Origin: Tubulanus polymorphus
Taxonomy: Eukaryota > Animalia > Nemertea
Assembly: GCF_964204645.1 (NCBI RefSeq)
Contig: NC_134026.1
Span: 6,099,950 to 6,163,949, forward strand
Length of the DNA: 64,000 bases
Direction: 5' to 3'
Of this stretch, positions 50,357 to 63,813 are shown one piece after another (the stretch's first letter is position 1; each line of letters begins with the position of its first letter). Made by a program: the position numbers and the translations under genes. The notes under the pieces are model-generated. The model saw only the letters and a program-made list of their open reading frames with translations. It had not been told where the DNA came from and ran no database searches.

Positions 50357-53300
50357 CCGAATGACGATGACGCGAACGAACCTTTCATCGAGCCACAGTT
50401 TTGTTGAATCAACGTATACAACCAGCCGGCGCAGGTCTTATAGTACGGCTCATCCTTAACGAAATCAGCCATGATTATTCAATCCTTATTCAGGCCGAGG
50501 AGAGTAATCCCTCGTAGTGAGCTCTTCAATCCGACAAACTGAATTGAACTCGAATGAACCGACCGGCATTTACGAGCATCTAACGAACGAATTCAGGCGA
50601 TCTTTCATCATCGAATGGGACAGATAATTATTTCTGCGCGGAATTAGAAGCTCCGCGCGAGACTAGATCAATTCCGCGTGACGATTTACAACAGCCAACT
50701 ATTAGATTATCTCATATACGTCGCGGTCACTAAAATCTTGCATACAGTCCGATTCTTTCTCGTCTAACGGTCTGCTCCGTGAACGCAAGCACACACACAG
50801 TCCCACTGTAGCCGAATCAATACTGTAATCTAATAATGAGATGGATTCCCGAATCTTCACGCTCCATGACGGATATCTTAAGATCTCAATAACAGCGAAT
50901 GTTCCCACGGCGATGGTATGATTTACGGCGCCGAAATATCAAGCGAATCACGAAAATAATCGGATGATCGCAGAGAAAGTCTTAGAGCAACACCCATCTA
51001 TAACATATGCAGGACACACAGGCTATTACACACTATAAACCTATCTTTCTACACAATGTTCATATTATGTACAGAAAACGGTCTAGCGTAAATCTAAATC
51101 GTACCTCTATATACAAATAGTCTAAAATGCGAATAAAGGAGGCAGGGAAGGGTTCTGGAAAAAAATCCGTAGACAATTTACATACGCATTTTTAAATAGC
51201 GGACGACCACTAGTCACTACCTAGCGAGATGACGGTGAGGTAAACCACAGCTATGCTACTGTGAAGTCCGTAGGATTTTATCGTAGGAAAACCTGAAATC
51301 CGTATATGATTCACCGTTAAACACTGACTGTGATATATTCGCAAGTAATTCGGCAGACACCATTTCCTATAAATACACGAATACATTTTCTCTCGGAGTC
51401 AGTCCAGTCGAATGAAAAAAGTCTACACGATCCATTTTTTCGACGTTGCATATCATATCCGTTTTACTTCATGGTGATTGGTTTCCCGTTAAAAATGTCA
51501 AAACAGTTTTTCCCGATCTAATAAGCGCGGAAATGTTCAGAATGATCCATCGTATAACAACGCAACAGCGGTAGCAGTAGCAGCTATTGCAGCAGCGCGC
51601 TTCCAGATCGACAGAAACAAACAATGAGAATGCTTCAACAGCTACATTTCCCTCCCCCTCTCTCTCTCTCTCAGTCTCTCTCCAGTGACAAACGCTTGTG
51701 TGACGGCTAGTCAGGATAATTTACATGCAACCCGCGTATATATATACATCGCCCAAACTAGAAACGTTGAGTCACCAAGGATGAGAGGATAACTACTGAA
51801 TCAGGTGACACACAAATGAACCGAGCAACGAGGATCATAAAAAATACTTATATTCAAGAATAATAATGTGTCCCGACGCAGCCCGACCAGGGGGATAAAT
51901 TTCACCGAGGAATACGCAATAATCTACTTTAGTTTTTGATACATTAATTGGATTGAATTTCACCGACTATATTATATACTCAAATTGGCCTATCTATTCA
52001 ATTCATCGAAAAAGTCTTGAATTGCTATTCAAAACCTTTCAAGTCATACTGGACCTAGTCTAGTATATAGCCACATTGTTCCCCAAACAAGTTGTTGGGG
52101 ACCGTAACAACGTCTGGTATTCAGTCTGGGCCCTTCTTGGAGATAGCTTTGGATTAACATTCATTCAGCACACATCAGTAGAGGGCGCAACAAAACACTG
52201 TTAGTAGTGAACATTAGTTAATTTTCAATATAATTCTTACTTGATTCTTAGGCTGCCAAATCGGAAAAAAAATTCGGAAGAAATGGAAGAGGCGGTTTTA
52301 CAGTCTTAGTTCATAGAATTTGAGAAATTAAGGATAGATTCTAGTTGAATCTGAGAAGAAATCTAGTATCATTGTACTAATGCACAACACCTGGTGGATT
52401 CTCACTTGCCCCTAACGGGATCCTCGATTGCCACAGTCAACTACGGAGTAGTTCTCATTTATCTCACGACCAACGCACTTATATGGCTTTAATTCAGATT
52501 TGTTCGAATTCGAACTAATCTTCACCTGAGAAAATCAAGTAGGCCTAGGCCTACTCGATGTGCAGCATTCGCTCGGGAATTTTTTCACCAAAATATTTTG
52601 TATATTGTGTTAGAATAGGAATAAGTGATAAAACAGCATCCCGGTATTTTTCTGTAATTATTGCATTTTTTTCCACACGACGTCATCCATCACGGAGTTA
52701 ATCTATTAGGTTAACAAGGACTGACACGCAAAAATAAAACGGCGACAAATGACTCGAAAAATAACACGTAGATCTATATTACTGGTATTCGACACACACA
52801 CACACACATGGATCAACAAAAAACACTCCGGCGCGTGGTAGGCTTTAGATATTGAGCGCGAGTCAATGTACATTCCATTCTTACATATAATTGTTAATTA
52901 GCGAATAGTAGAAAATATCCGTCGGTTCAATTCATGAATAAACCATAATCTTCTTTTATTACTGTTAGCATGTACCGATACTAGCAGGTTTAACTGTATA
53001 CATGTAGCTTTATTTTGTGATAACTTAAAAACAAATATCGATACCTTTAGAATATCTATAATATGGCGCAATATCGGGGCATACAAACTAGAAAAAAATT
53101 CTAAATATTTGAAGTATAATATGCCTAAAGCATTAAGCCACCAAAAGGGCAAGATCTCTATCATAAGAATGTATAAATTGTCTATAGGCTCACGCTAAAA
53201 AGATGCAAATTTTGTCTTTTAAAGGAAAAAGATATGTTTGTTGTTCAAGAGTGTTTTAGGTATATATGAATGAAGTGACTTTAGTAATAAAAGTTGATGG

Positions 53301-54233
53301 TAACTTTTCGATAGTAACACTAGCCCTGAGAGTTCATCGCGATAAGAATAAAAGATCGATAAGATTTGAGTGCTTACCACTTTGCCACGACGATCTCCTA
53401 TCACCCAAACTGTCGAATGACCGGGTCACGCTTTGATCCTGAAAAAAAAAGAATACAAATGATTACCCGTTAAGTAGGTTTTTTAATCTATATCATTTGG
53501 ACTAATATATGGCTGGTAATGTATTCAAATAGCAAAAGGAGCTGGTTGGGCAGAGAGTATGTACAAAATAAGATAAAAACCCACTATGTACAAATTAAAA
53601 GAATTTCAAAATCGAGAATTTATTCATTAAAAAAATAAGACACAACGTTTCGATCTCACCCTAGAGATCCTCATCAGGTGTGAGATTATCACTAAAAACG
53701 AGGGGTATATATACAGAGAACAGGTTAATTGAGTAAATTAGTGAGTGAATAAGTAATTAGTGTTTGGCATGGCATGAAGTAATATACTTAGAATAGAAAG
53801 ATGTACAAAATACTACCAGCCTACAGGGAAAGTTTTCAAATGGTCAACTTTTGATTGCATGCTAGAGAAACTTGTATAACAAGATAGGAAGAGCAATAGA
53901 AAACCAAAACATGGATAAGCAAATGAACAACAGCAAGGGCATACAATTACGCTTGGAACACTGATGGACATAAATACATCCAAAACCCTATGAGGATGGA
54001 AGTATTGGATGTAAAGATACACACACAAAACCTTTAAGGGGTTAAGAGAGTTGTGATCTACCAAATGGACTAAAATTAAAATCTGACTTGACTCATATTA
54101 TCATACTCACTGTTGCTGTCATGTCCGGTTCATTGCTGGGGTTGATAGTTGTTGTTTTTGTTTTAGAATTGAATATATCCATGAGATCGGCCAAAAAGTC
54201 ACTTTCCGATTCCTTTTCCTCGTTCGAATCCAT
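41276..54233 (-). CDS. ~875-aa low-complexity protein with repeated PxW-(K/R/M)xE motifs; TNKS1BP1/KIAA1671 C-terminus-like
   Basis: Frame-consistent exons 54111-54233 (MDSNEEK...), 53378-53438, 49490-49557, 48933-49070, 48009-48113, 47365-47436, 47129-47270, 46153-46460, 45059-45923, 44167-44521, 43787-43815, 43431-43606, 42648-42735, 42481-42558, 41276-41295 (ends ...SSSYNESQC*). Total 2628 nt. Probable 5'UTR exon with donor at ~55583. Family assignment is from remembered motif similarity only. Confidence 0.75.
46890..46943. repeat. Short perfect hairpin
   Basis: TGTAAAACCTGTTGTGGAGAA ... TTCTCCACAACAGGTTTTACA. Confidence 0.8.
48552..48832. mobile_element. piggyBac-like MITE
   Basis: TTAA on both sides; TIRs CCCTTTCAGTGC / GCATTGAAAGGG; internal TACACCGCAGTGCGGTGTA palindromes. 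Confidence 0.85.
50304..50352. repeat. (TA)n microsatellite
   Basis: About 24 TA units. Confidence 0.95.
50382..50472 (-). CDS. Putative alternative first coding exon of the PxW-repeat gene
   Basis: AATC-ATG-G with an in-frame stop just upstream; encodes MADFVKDEPYYKTCAGWLYTLIQQNCGSMK. Phase-1 AAG|GTTCGT donor is compatible with exon 49490-49557. Confidence 0.5.
53639..53682 (-). ncRNA. Minimal hammerhead ribozyme-like motif, Penelope-like terminus
   Basis: Minus strand: ACAC-CTGATGA-G-GATCTC-TAGGGT-GAGATC-GAAA-CGTT-GTGT (stem I ACAC/GTGT). Upstream TATATATA box, downstream AATAAA. Confidence 0.65.
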
Positions 54234-54697
54234 TACGACAGGATATTTTAACTTAACGGGCAAATCGATGATCTGAAAAAGTAAGAAACACCATCTAGCA
54301 TATAGGCCTATATCCTATTGTATGGATGTATAAGCTTATCTCGGAAAGCAATTTTGAACATTCTTCTAGTGGAAACGGACCTTCCCACCTACCGGGGCTT
54401 CAGAAGCATAATCAGAGACTGTGGTTCCGACGAAACACAACTAACCACGGTAGGTTTATAAACCTGCAAAACCTACGCGATTATTAAAAAGCTTAACACC
54501 CAATAATTAGGTCACTGATAGTGATGATTGCCTAGGGTCCACATTAGTCAGTTTAGCCTATAACCTGGCTGTGGTCATGATCAGATATTTCGCAAGCCAC
54601 AAATCGCATAATCCTATCCGATTGATTAAGAAAGCTTATTACTCCTTAACAATAACAGAGTCCAAAAATAATCACAGACAAAGCCTTTTGATTTTGG

Positions 54698-55147
54698 CGG
54701 TCATCCTTATTACCGAGATGATGTATTTTACCGAGATGAACCGAGATCAACCGAGATGAAATTAAATATAACATATTTAATTATTCCATATCGATTTTAA
54801 CCATTGAAATCATATTATATCAGTAATAAATGCCTGCTGGGTTCATATTTTACATATTTTGTCGGATATTTTTGGAAAAATAACTTTTAACTTTACTGAG
54901 ATGAGATCGTCGATCAATCAAATTCAATGAAATTTTATTGCTAACCGAGTTTACGTTTTTTGAGTCAAAATTTTTTTAAATAAAAAAATATGTAAAATAT
55001 GACTCTAGGAGGTATTTATTACTGATATAACGTGATTTCAAGTGTTAAAATCGATAAGGAATAAATAGATATGTTATATTTAATTTCATCTCGGTTGATC
55101 TCGGTTCATCTCGGTAAAATACATCATCTCGGTAATAAGGATGACCC
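54698..55147. mobile_element. Foldback/Mutator-like MITE with ~190-bp imperfect TIRs
   Basis: GGTCATCCTTATTACCGAGATG... mirrored at the right end, with internal ACCGAGAT repeats. GATTTTGG duplicated on both sides. Further TIR fragment at ~55275-55338. Confidence 0.85.
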
Positions 55148-56189
55148 GATTTTGGACCCACACACTGCTGTCAGAAGAAACTTGCCTAACACAGGGACTT
55201 GTCACAATTGATAATGAATGAATAAAACCAGTATCAATACCCAAGCCCAGTATCCCTATATGATTATACAGGAATAAATAAATGTTATATTTCATGTCAT
55301 CTTGGTAAATTACGTCGTCTCGGTAATAAGGGGGACCCGGTGGTATAAAATGTGTGGAAGTGAAGGTGTCAAATTATCTGTTTTACTGCAGTAAAAGAAC
55401 ATAGGCAAAACGCTAGGGGCAACCAACTTCAACGAAACAAGGAAAGAGGTTTCCCCCACAATCGAATCAACAAAACAACCAATGAACCGACCAACACTAA
55501 CTGGTGACTAACACTAACTTAACAGCAACAACAACAAAGTTAAACCACAATTTTTGATCATCAATTACTTAAAGATAACTTACATGAATCAAGAATCAAC
55601 TTCGTTCTTTTTCGCTCAGCGGTTTCTTCGTTTCGAAATGAATGTCGTTAAATATCAGCAGCGCAGCTTTTGTGTCATAGATCGGATATAAATGGCGAAA
55701 TATTGCCCCCGCAGTTGTTCTCTTTTTTATGGAATGGCGGCCATTGTTTTGTTTATTTCTGGCTCCACCAATTCCCGTGCGGTGGTGAAATACGCACATG
55801 CTAAGTAGTGCAAACAACATTCTGAATCTCTGCTGATTGTGATTGCGGGCCAGACCCCGGCGTTAATAACCAGAACCAGAAATATCCGTGTTGTGATAAT
55901 GATATAATATAATGATCTGTAATAACACAACAATAATCTCGGGGTGCAGATGGTATCAGTTTGGTTTAAGGATTTTGCATTTAGAAATAAACTATGAACT
56001 TAAATAAACTTATTTTTTGTTTAGTCCCTCGTGCCTTGGCTTTTGTTGCCTAAATTTATCCAGCTGACTGTTTTATGTTGCTGTATTAGCACCCCTAATT
56101 TGTTTATCACTTAAATTCAGCCCCCTTCTGTATAAAGGATGATTGTTCTGGATGATTGTAAATGTATCTCATAATTTTGTAACCTCTGA

Positions 56190-56272
56190 GTTTTCCTGAA
56201 GATGACTTAGGATATAGATGAAATGTCGAATAAACTATTAACTCAAGGAAACATTTCGGACTTTATTTTTTC
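56190..56272 (+). mobile_element. Degenerate copy of the Penelope-like terminus seen at 8211
   Basis: CCTGAAGATGACTTAGGATATAG..GAAA..GAATAAACTA...CATTTCGGACTTTATT. Confidence 0.6.
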
Positions 56273-59200
56273 GTAATTAGTGGATGAGGAAGTCTACTAC
56301 GTTTATATATTTTTTTTTTTCGAAAGCTTCATATAACAAGAATATTTTGCAGAAATTGGGAGCTCCAGTTGGGTCAAAACCCACAGAACATTTTCACCTT
56401 GGATTCTTCATATTTAGATATCTTGTCACATATCAGTTTTTTCAGGAATGAATAGCAACAAAGCATCAAGAGTTTCCACTCTGGTTCCTTCCACGCACAT
56501 TCTTCTTAAAACGCCCCACACAACTCCAATCGTGAATACATGTAAATCCAATACAACCATGACAAGAAATGATTTTTCAATAATTTACAGATTTATTTTT
56601 CTAAACATTATTTACAAGAGAAGTCTGTTAAACAGTATGATAGACCAGTCAACCTAGAAAATTGAAAGGGATGAATTCTGCACAATTTGGAGCATCCAAA
56701 ATGCCCATGTGACATTTCTTCCAACATTTTTCTTTATTTCCAGAGAATTAAATCATTTTTAGGGAACAAATGAAGCCTAAGCTTCAAATTCTACAGCTAA
56801 CATGATCAACTGCCTTTGTTATTTTTGTATTCATCTTTTTATATATTCTTTTCAAATGGATTGACCATGGATTTGATTTCGCCATAATTTTCCTAAATCA
56901 ATGAATATCACCGAATTTCTACTGAATTTCAAAATCTTAAACTTTTAAAGAATTTAATTTTGAAATTTTTCAAACTTTCAAGAACATTTTTTCGAGTTAC
57001 AAAAAATAAAATCTAAGAATGTATTTACAAACTTTAACAACGGAAGGGGTACCCGATAGTTTATAAGAGCATATGTACAGTATTTACATAGTTTCATATT
57101 CTTTGTAACAGTACAGCCTCATCTACATATGGTTAATGTAATGTTTAACAAGCATTTTGAGTTGTAGAACTTAACGCTATTTTCAGTTCAGGTGCGACGT
57201 GTTAAAGTGATTCATTCATTAACTGAACAACATAGTTTTCAGTTTTAGCAAAACTTATCAATAATTGATGAGTTTTAAAATGCCTGGAGCCAGTGTTACC
57301 CACTTCAACCCTGGTTCCATAAATGTGATAAAAACTCGACTCTGCATAAGAATTTGTTCAAGTCAAATTTTCCCGACAATTGTGGAACATTTTTATGCAT
57401 TGCAAAAACCAAGCGAATCTGACAGCATCGGCCTAGACAACTGGCCCTCATTAAGAAGACAGCAAACCCATTCAATTCTCTCTAATGTAGATGAGGCTTC
57501 AATGTTGTCCCTGAACCTAATACTTATATTAACTATACTTTCAAAGCTACGGATGTCATTATCATAGACACATGTTTTGTATTTGTTTAAAGCCAACTGC
57601 CCAAATATATATATTACTATAGATTTCATTGAAAACCTTAGAACGAAAAATGAAACGCAACTGGTTGAACTAAGCAAAATATTCGAAATTCGAAATAAGT
57701 TTCTCAATTCAAGGTTTGAGATGTGAGATTGAATCTGTTTCATACGAACAGCTAGTTGGTGAATTTGGAGAAATAATCAAAAATCAATTTGGCTAACACA
57801 TGGCTATTGATTATATAGAGGTTGTACTGTATAGTATTGTAGTACTTGTATAGACCTAACCAGCACTCCTAACAAGTATTTAGTATCATAGTAACTTTTT
57901 CTAATGTGTTGCTCTATACCATAATCAACATACGCACTAATACCAAAGACAAATTTTCACATGGGTCGGATAATAGAAACAAAATATATATCATCTTCAT
58001 TAAAAGAAATGGGATCGGAAATATATGAAAACGGTTCATAATCAATGAAATTACAATTCCAAGTCCTCTTGTATTCATTCCTGTACAATCATGCTAAGCA
58101 CGGACATTATGTTTGAAAAATTGACTCCTTTTCTTAAAACCTAATTGAGATGGCCTGATTCTTCTACAGCATATTGAAGTTAATATCAACTTGGATTTAA
58201 CGATCTAGCAAATACAATACCGGAAATTTGTCAATTCCATACAAGAAATGATTGGTAAATTATAAGAGTGGATGTTCTGGTCAATTGGAACATGCTGTAA
58301 CAAGCTCCCTATGTACTACTAATGTATTCATAACTCAAAAAATATCCAAATTCGCGTGCGTCTGTCATTGTTTTAAGTATATACAACCTTAATATCATCA
58401 TGTAGATGATATATATCACAAACCCTTCTAGGGTATCTCTATATAATTTTATCACACTGTTTGGCTTGTCACTGTTTAACAACACTAAAACAGTAAAACC
58501 AGCTTAATCCAGATCGTTTGGGCTGATGAAATAATCCAATTGCAAATAGCCTACCATCTAGATTAGATAAAATATGTAGTCAAAACTGATCGAGTTTAAG
58601 CAGGCTTTACTAACAATTGGACTGGGATTTAATCCTATTCATTATGGTACAATTTGCATTCACAAAGGGAATACTTCATAAATTACCTAAGAATAAGAAT
58701 ACTACTTCCTAAAAAAACAAGTAGTAGTAGTGAAAATAAGATATCATCAGATGAACACTGAACAGGATAGACACAATTCACTGACCAATGTCATGGTTTG
58801 ATAGCACATATCGTATGCGTTGCATAGAACATCACATTATTTGTCTCATATGTGAACAAATCAGAGCTTCTTTCCGAAGAAAGCATGTGCATTTGACCGG
58901 TTGAGGAGAACTTTTCAACAGTCAATATGATCCAGGTAGGATCGAAACTAGAAAACCGAATCTTGGTCAAATATAGAAGCTAAAAATTTTGTCTTAAATC
59001 GTAGAAGGAAAGGAAAAAGGAACTACTGGTATCGACCGGGTGTTATCGATGCGAAGTAGGGCTGACGAGTGTCTTTCGTTTCAGCGAAATCTAATTTCCT
59101 TGAATTCGTACAAAGCCGCTGTATGCTGTTGTAAGAAGAGTTGTTTCAATAACAATCTAAACAGCTGTCGATAATATCAATTATTCTACAGTTCATAAAC

Positions 59201-60393
59201 AAAGTATTGAAAGCGCTTGGCTACATTGATTTTTATCAATTCTGTTATTTTGGTTACTGATAATAGAGAATGTAGCAAATTCAATGAGAGGGGTTTAACT
59301 GGCGTTTGTGGTTTATAGATGTTCACAACCAAGACCCACAGTTGAATTCTTCAGTTCGAGTGAACTCTTCGAGTTTAAGTCCCGGTGAGTTATTCGAGTC
59401 TGATTTCAACATGGATTTAGGTGATTGAGGTCGAATCAATATAGCATACCGGTAGGCAAAATGGCAGCAGACATACCTGCAAAAACCTGTAAACTATAAA
59501 ATAAAACCAAACATTGCATTGCTTAGTATATGTGCTGCCTAGACACAAAATTGTACACAAAACATGCCTTACTCATAGGATACTCCATTCCGAATGTAGT
59601 AGTGGGTCAAGATTCACGAAAATATACAAGCTTCAAGGGGCTGACTGATCTTCGGCTGTTGGAACTAAGATGATCTCAAATCTGAGCTATGAGTGTGAAA
59701 CTGGGCCCTGACGATTATTGAAAACTTCTTCATGAATCTAGACCCAGACATTAAAGCAGGTGAGTTATCAAAAAACCAGCCCTTCGAATAATCGAATGAA
59801 CGGAGATTCAGACTGGTTAAATTTTCTGTATCTAAATATATATATATACAGCCCTAAACAACCACATGAGATTGACAGTATTCATTATCAGTATATATAT
59901 ATACCATAGCACACGACCCAAGATGAATATGTTACAGATGAAATCACTATCACTCGTATTAATCTGTATTAAAACACTGATGACCCCCGTCCAGGTTGAA
60001 AACTTGGGTAAATTATACGGAAAATATCAATATTGCCAACAATGACAAATTATGCGAATTTTTGACACGCCAGGAATACTATAAATTTTTTGTTGGACTT
60101 TCAACGAAGCTCAGCCCAGAAACAGTGACTCATACTAATCAATAAATCATACACACATCGACGAAATGAGGAATTAAGAGATGGTATCACTAGTGCGGGC
60201 GAAACGCGATTTTACTGAGCATTTCGAGATGTAGAGTTTTTTTTTTCCGCCGAACAACACGAAAGCCACAATCGGCGTGGCTCTCCATTCTAGTATCGCG
60301 ATATGCAGAAAGTTTGTTTCCTTAACGACCAGAAGCGATGATTACAGGATCGGGATGTGAAGAGATTGATTTATTCTCGTAGTTCTAGATCTT

Positions 60394-63300
60394 TTATGTG
60401 GAGAGTTGTTGCATTTTCATCCTGTACGCCACGGCTGCGACCAACGCTGCTCCTTTTCCGCTTCCGTCTGTAGACAATTCTAGCTTAAACTGGAAAATAT
60501 GAATCAGAAACTTATACAGTGAGTACACTTCACGTTTTCTGGATAGGTCTATATTATAGCATACAGAATTACACGTATGTTGTCAATATAGCTTACCTTG
60601 ATGCCAGGGTTGATGAGCTCTTCAATTTTTTCCATCATGAGATCACGGAATTTTGGATGGAACCTGTATAAGGAGCCGTCGATAGCTACGGTAATTTCTG
60701 GAGAGTTTATACGGTTAATGATGGCAGCAATACCTGCAATACAAATCAAAGTCAATCAATAAACGCCAACGTTGGAAGTTAAGTACATTTGTATAGCGAG
60801 GTGAAATTGGAACCATATGAAAGCCTTAAGAAATTCAAAATTTTTCAATGATCCGCCACTGGGTGAACATCGTGTAATAGCCTACTATTTGTTAAGCCAC
60901 TATTTGGGTGGGGCAGAAAAAACCTTTTCACAATTCTTAAAATATGTACCAGTACCTATACTATAGTTGTGATCAAACCAAGGCGATTTGGGCCATGCCA
61001 ACCGTGTGAATGGTTGTTCCAGGCCAATTTGGCAAAAATACTGGTGTGATCACGACTTATATAGAATAATATTATGACTAAACAAACAATTTCATTTCAA
61101 AATCAACACAAAACAAATTCTATTAACATAACTGTGCAGGCTCATAATTGAGTATAATTCGTGTGTATAAAAATGTTTTTCTCTAAATGTGGACAATGAA
61201 AACCTCGAATGCCTCATTTCTCAGTTAAATCTTCTAAAATGTTGTGTAATGCGTGATGAAATCTTACCGGCTGATGAGAGGTAAGCAGCTCTTGCTGATA
61301 CTAGAGAACATACATATTGAACCGTGCGACAATCGGCGGCGTCGATATCATCGTAACCCAACTCTCTGAATATGTTCTTCGTAATCTTATAGCGTCCGTC
61401 GACATCGCTGGAAAAATCAGACAAAATCTCTTCAGTTATCATCATTACAAGCTATCAAATTTTGAATTGACAAAAAAACTCTAAAAAATACTGATATTGC
61501 TGTTTGATGAACCCTAATGACAGGCAATTACATCAACACGGTCTATTAAATATACTATATAATCTGAAGACTTGTGTTAACCTAGTATCAGAGTTTAAGT
61601 GAAGACTGGTAGCACTGTGTAGGTTAATTGATTTTATTTCAAATTTAAGAGCTTTTACTTCTAGTGTATAGTTACTTCATTAGGCAAAGTCACGGGTGAA
61701 ACAACAGTATTATTAATAGGGCGAGTGGCATTATTTAAAGAATGCGAAGCTCGCAACTTCAAATAAGATCAGTTAACCTACAAAGTACTACCGGTCCTTT
61801 CATGTTTAATTGAATAATCAGGAGAATTTTTAGTTATTAAACCGAAACAAACACTTAAGAACAGATTGCAATGGTTGTAAGGTCAGTTATTACAATAGAT
61901 GGCATCCGACACGTTTTCTTTGTAATTGAAAAAGGTGAAAATTTTTTGGCATACATTAATCTATATCAAATAAACAGCAAAATTAATGTTCTATTGACAA
62001 ATCCGTGTTGGCAAAAAATTGTATTTTGTATTTTTGCAGTTTGTATTTTAACAGTCATAACCTTATCGAATAAGGTATACAGTATGATTCAATACAAATT
62101 TACTAGATGTGAGAAATACAGAACGATAAAACCTAATCGATAAGTTTGGTAAATAAATACAGTTGAATATTCTCTATTCACCCTAAAGCAATCAAGATTC
62201 TATATCGCATATCCATATAAGGCCTACCTGTAATATTGATCGTTGCTTGTAAGCAACTTACCTTTCAATTTCTGAAACGTATTTAGTATAGAATCTATCT
62301 CTTGTTGACAGTTCTAGAGTCAACTCGCCCTGCAGAAGGTTGTGTTCATCTATCAGATTTACAATAGCCCTTCGAGCTATTTCACCCATGTACATTCCCG
62401 ATATCATCTTTTCGAAACTGTAACGAAGCAAAAAATGAATCATTTAATCTGATCAATTCCTCCTGGAGAACAAATTTTATATTTTCCCTTCCTTGAGGCA
62501 GTGTCACTTTGCTGAAATTCCACATATATCGCTCGTCGGTTCAGGCTGGTTGGAAGACTGTTCACATGAAGCGGAACCAAAATTTCAAATTATATACTTT
62601 GATTTGAGCAAAAAATTCACAAGACTATATCTGTACTTCGATTTCCGATTTCAAAATCAAACCCCCTGTCTCGCTCCTGGCAGGTGTAGTGGGTTTGTAT
62701 GGGACACCGAATCAAAACAAATTAGAACAAATCTACCAATCAAATATATAACAGGGACAATCACGATTTTAAGATGAAAATTTACATATACAGGTGACAG
62801 ATTACTTACACTTGTTTGCCCGGTCTGATTGATGATGAGTCGATATCTCGGTCAAATTTCGTACGCACAAAGTCGAGGGCGTCATTGTCGCCGAACGCTC
62901 CCCATTCGGTGTTGATAATCACCTGAAATATGCAGGAGAAAAACAACTCATGAAATATCATTACATCCTTTCAAGCCCCGGACCCAGGTTCTCGAAAAAG
63001 TTAAACTCTGCAATCAATTTAATTTGTTCGTTAATTCAGTTGTTGGTTTTTTGTGTGCAACTAGGCCCTCATAAATATGGTTTACTGGGGCAACTAATAT
63101 GTTAATTTATTCAATATAAGCTGCGATCGTCCGGGTTAAACTGGCCCAGACCAGGCTAGTTATATTTGGCCTATGCCTAAGTAGAGTACATTCACATATA
63201 AATCACTCTCTTAGGTAAGTGAGCCGAGTCACTTGCAGAACCAGTTAGCATTCACTGAGAATAATTCAACCATTGCTAAAATTTGGCACAGGCCTGGCCC

Positions 63301-63813
63301 GACACTTTTGGCCCAATCAAATAGGGATGGCCTGTGTCCACCAGGCACTGACTCACTTTGCACCGATGCGGACAATGCCACCCAATCCTCAACTCTTTGT
63401 AGACATTTGTTCTGAGCCTTATTTGGCAAGAGCCAAAAACGCTTGTATGATTGCGCCAATAAAACTGAGTTAATGTAAATGCCTAGATATTGATTATTGA
63501 AGGTCGGTGATAAGTTGATGAATGAGAGATAGAATTATCTACCTGTTCGTGTACATCGGTTTCTCCATCCCACAATTCAACGCGGTCTAATTTTTCTACA
63601 TAACACGCATTTGTACCAGTACCTGATGACATAGATACAAAATATATGCAACAAAGACCATTTTAGATTTTCGATTGAATACTGCGCACAATTTGAATTC
63701 CAGAAGCACAAACCTAAAATAAGCCCTATTTTGCAGTTCTGATCCTTGTGCGCGCAAGCCATCAAAGTTCCAACAGTGTCATTTATCACAGCCAAACACT
63801 CAACATCGATATC
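60394..63813 (-). CDS. Hexokinase, 3' half (5' exons beyond window)
   Basis: Exons 63714-63813 ([19 protein letters not shown]), 63543-63622 (TGTNACYVE), 62810-62922 ([10 protein letters not shown]), 62262-62417 ([12 protein letters not shown]), 61268-61407 (VSARAAYL), 60597-60733 ([12 protein letters not shown]), 60394-60489 ([18 protein letters not shown]). Confidence 0.95.

Noticed and set aside
51221-51386. Another candidate first coding exon (MYSCIYRKWCLP...)
   Set aside because: Open and phase-compatible, but donor and composition are unconvincing without transcript data.
54712-54760. ACCGAGAT repeats (and GAACCC repeats at ~34 kb) as a CRISPR-like array
   Set aside because: Eukaryotic DNA, units far too short, no spacers or cas genes; these are transposon subterminal repeats.
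54571-55295. Two ORFs ending in identical VILITEMMYFTEMNRDQPR
   Set aside because: Artefact of the foldback element's inverted repeats.
59060-60010. Additional CTGANGA...GAAA hammerhead-like strings at ~59063 and ~59977
   Set aside because: Stem II and III pairing is poor; likely chance or fully decayed.
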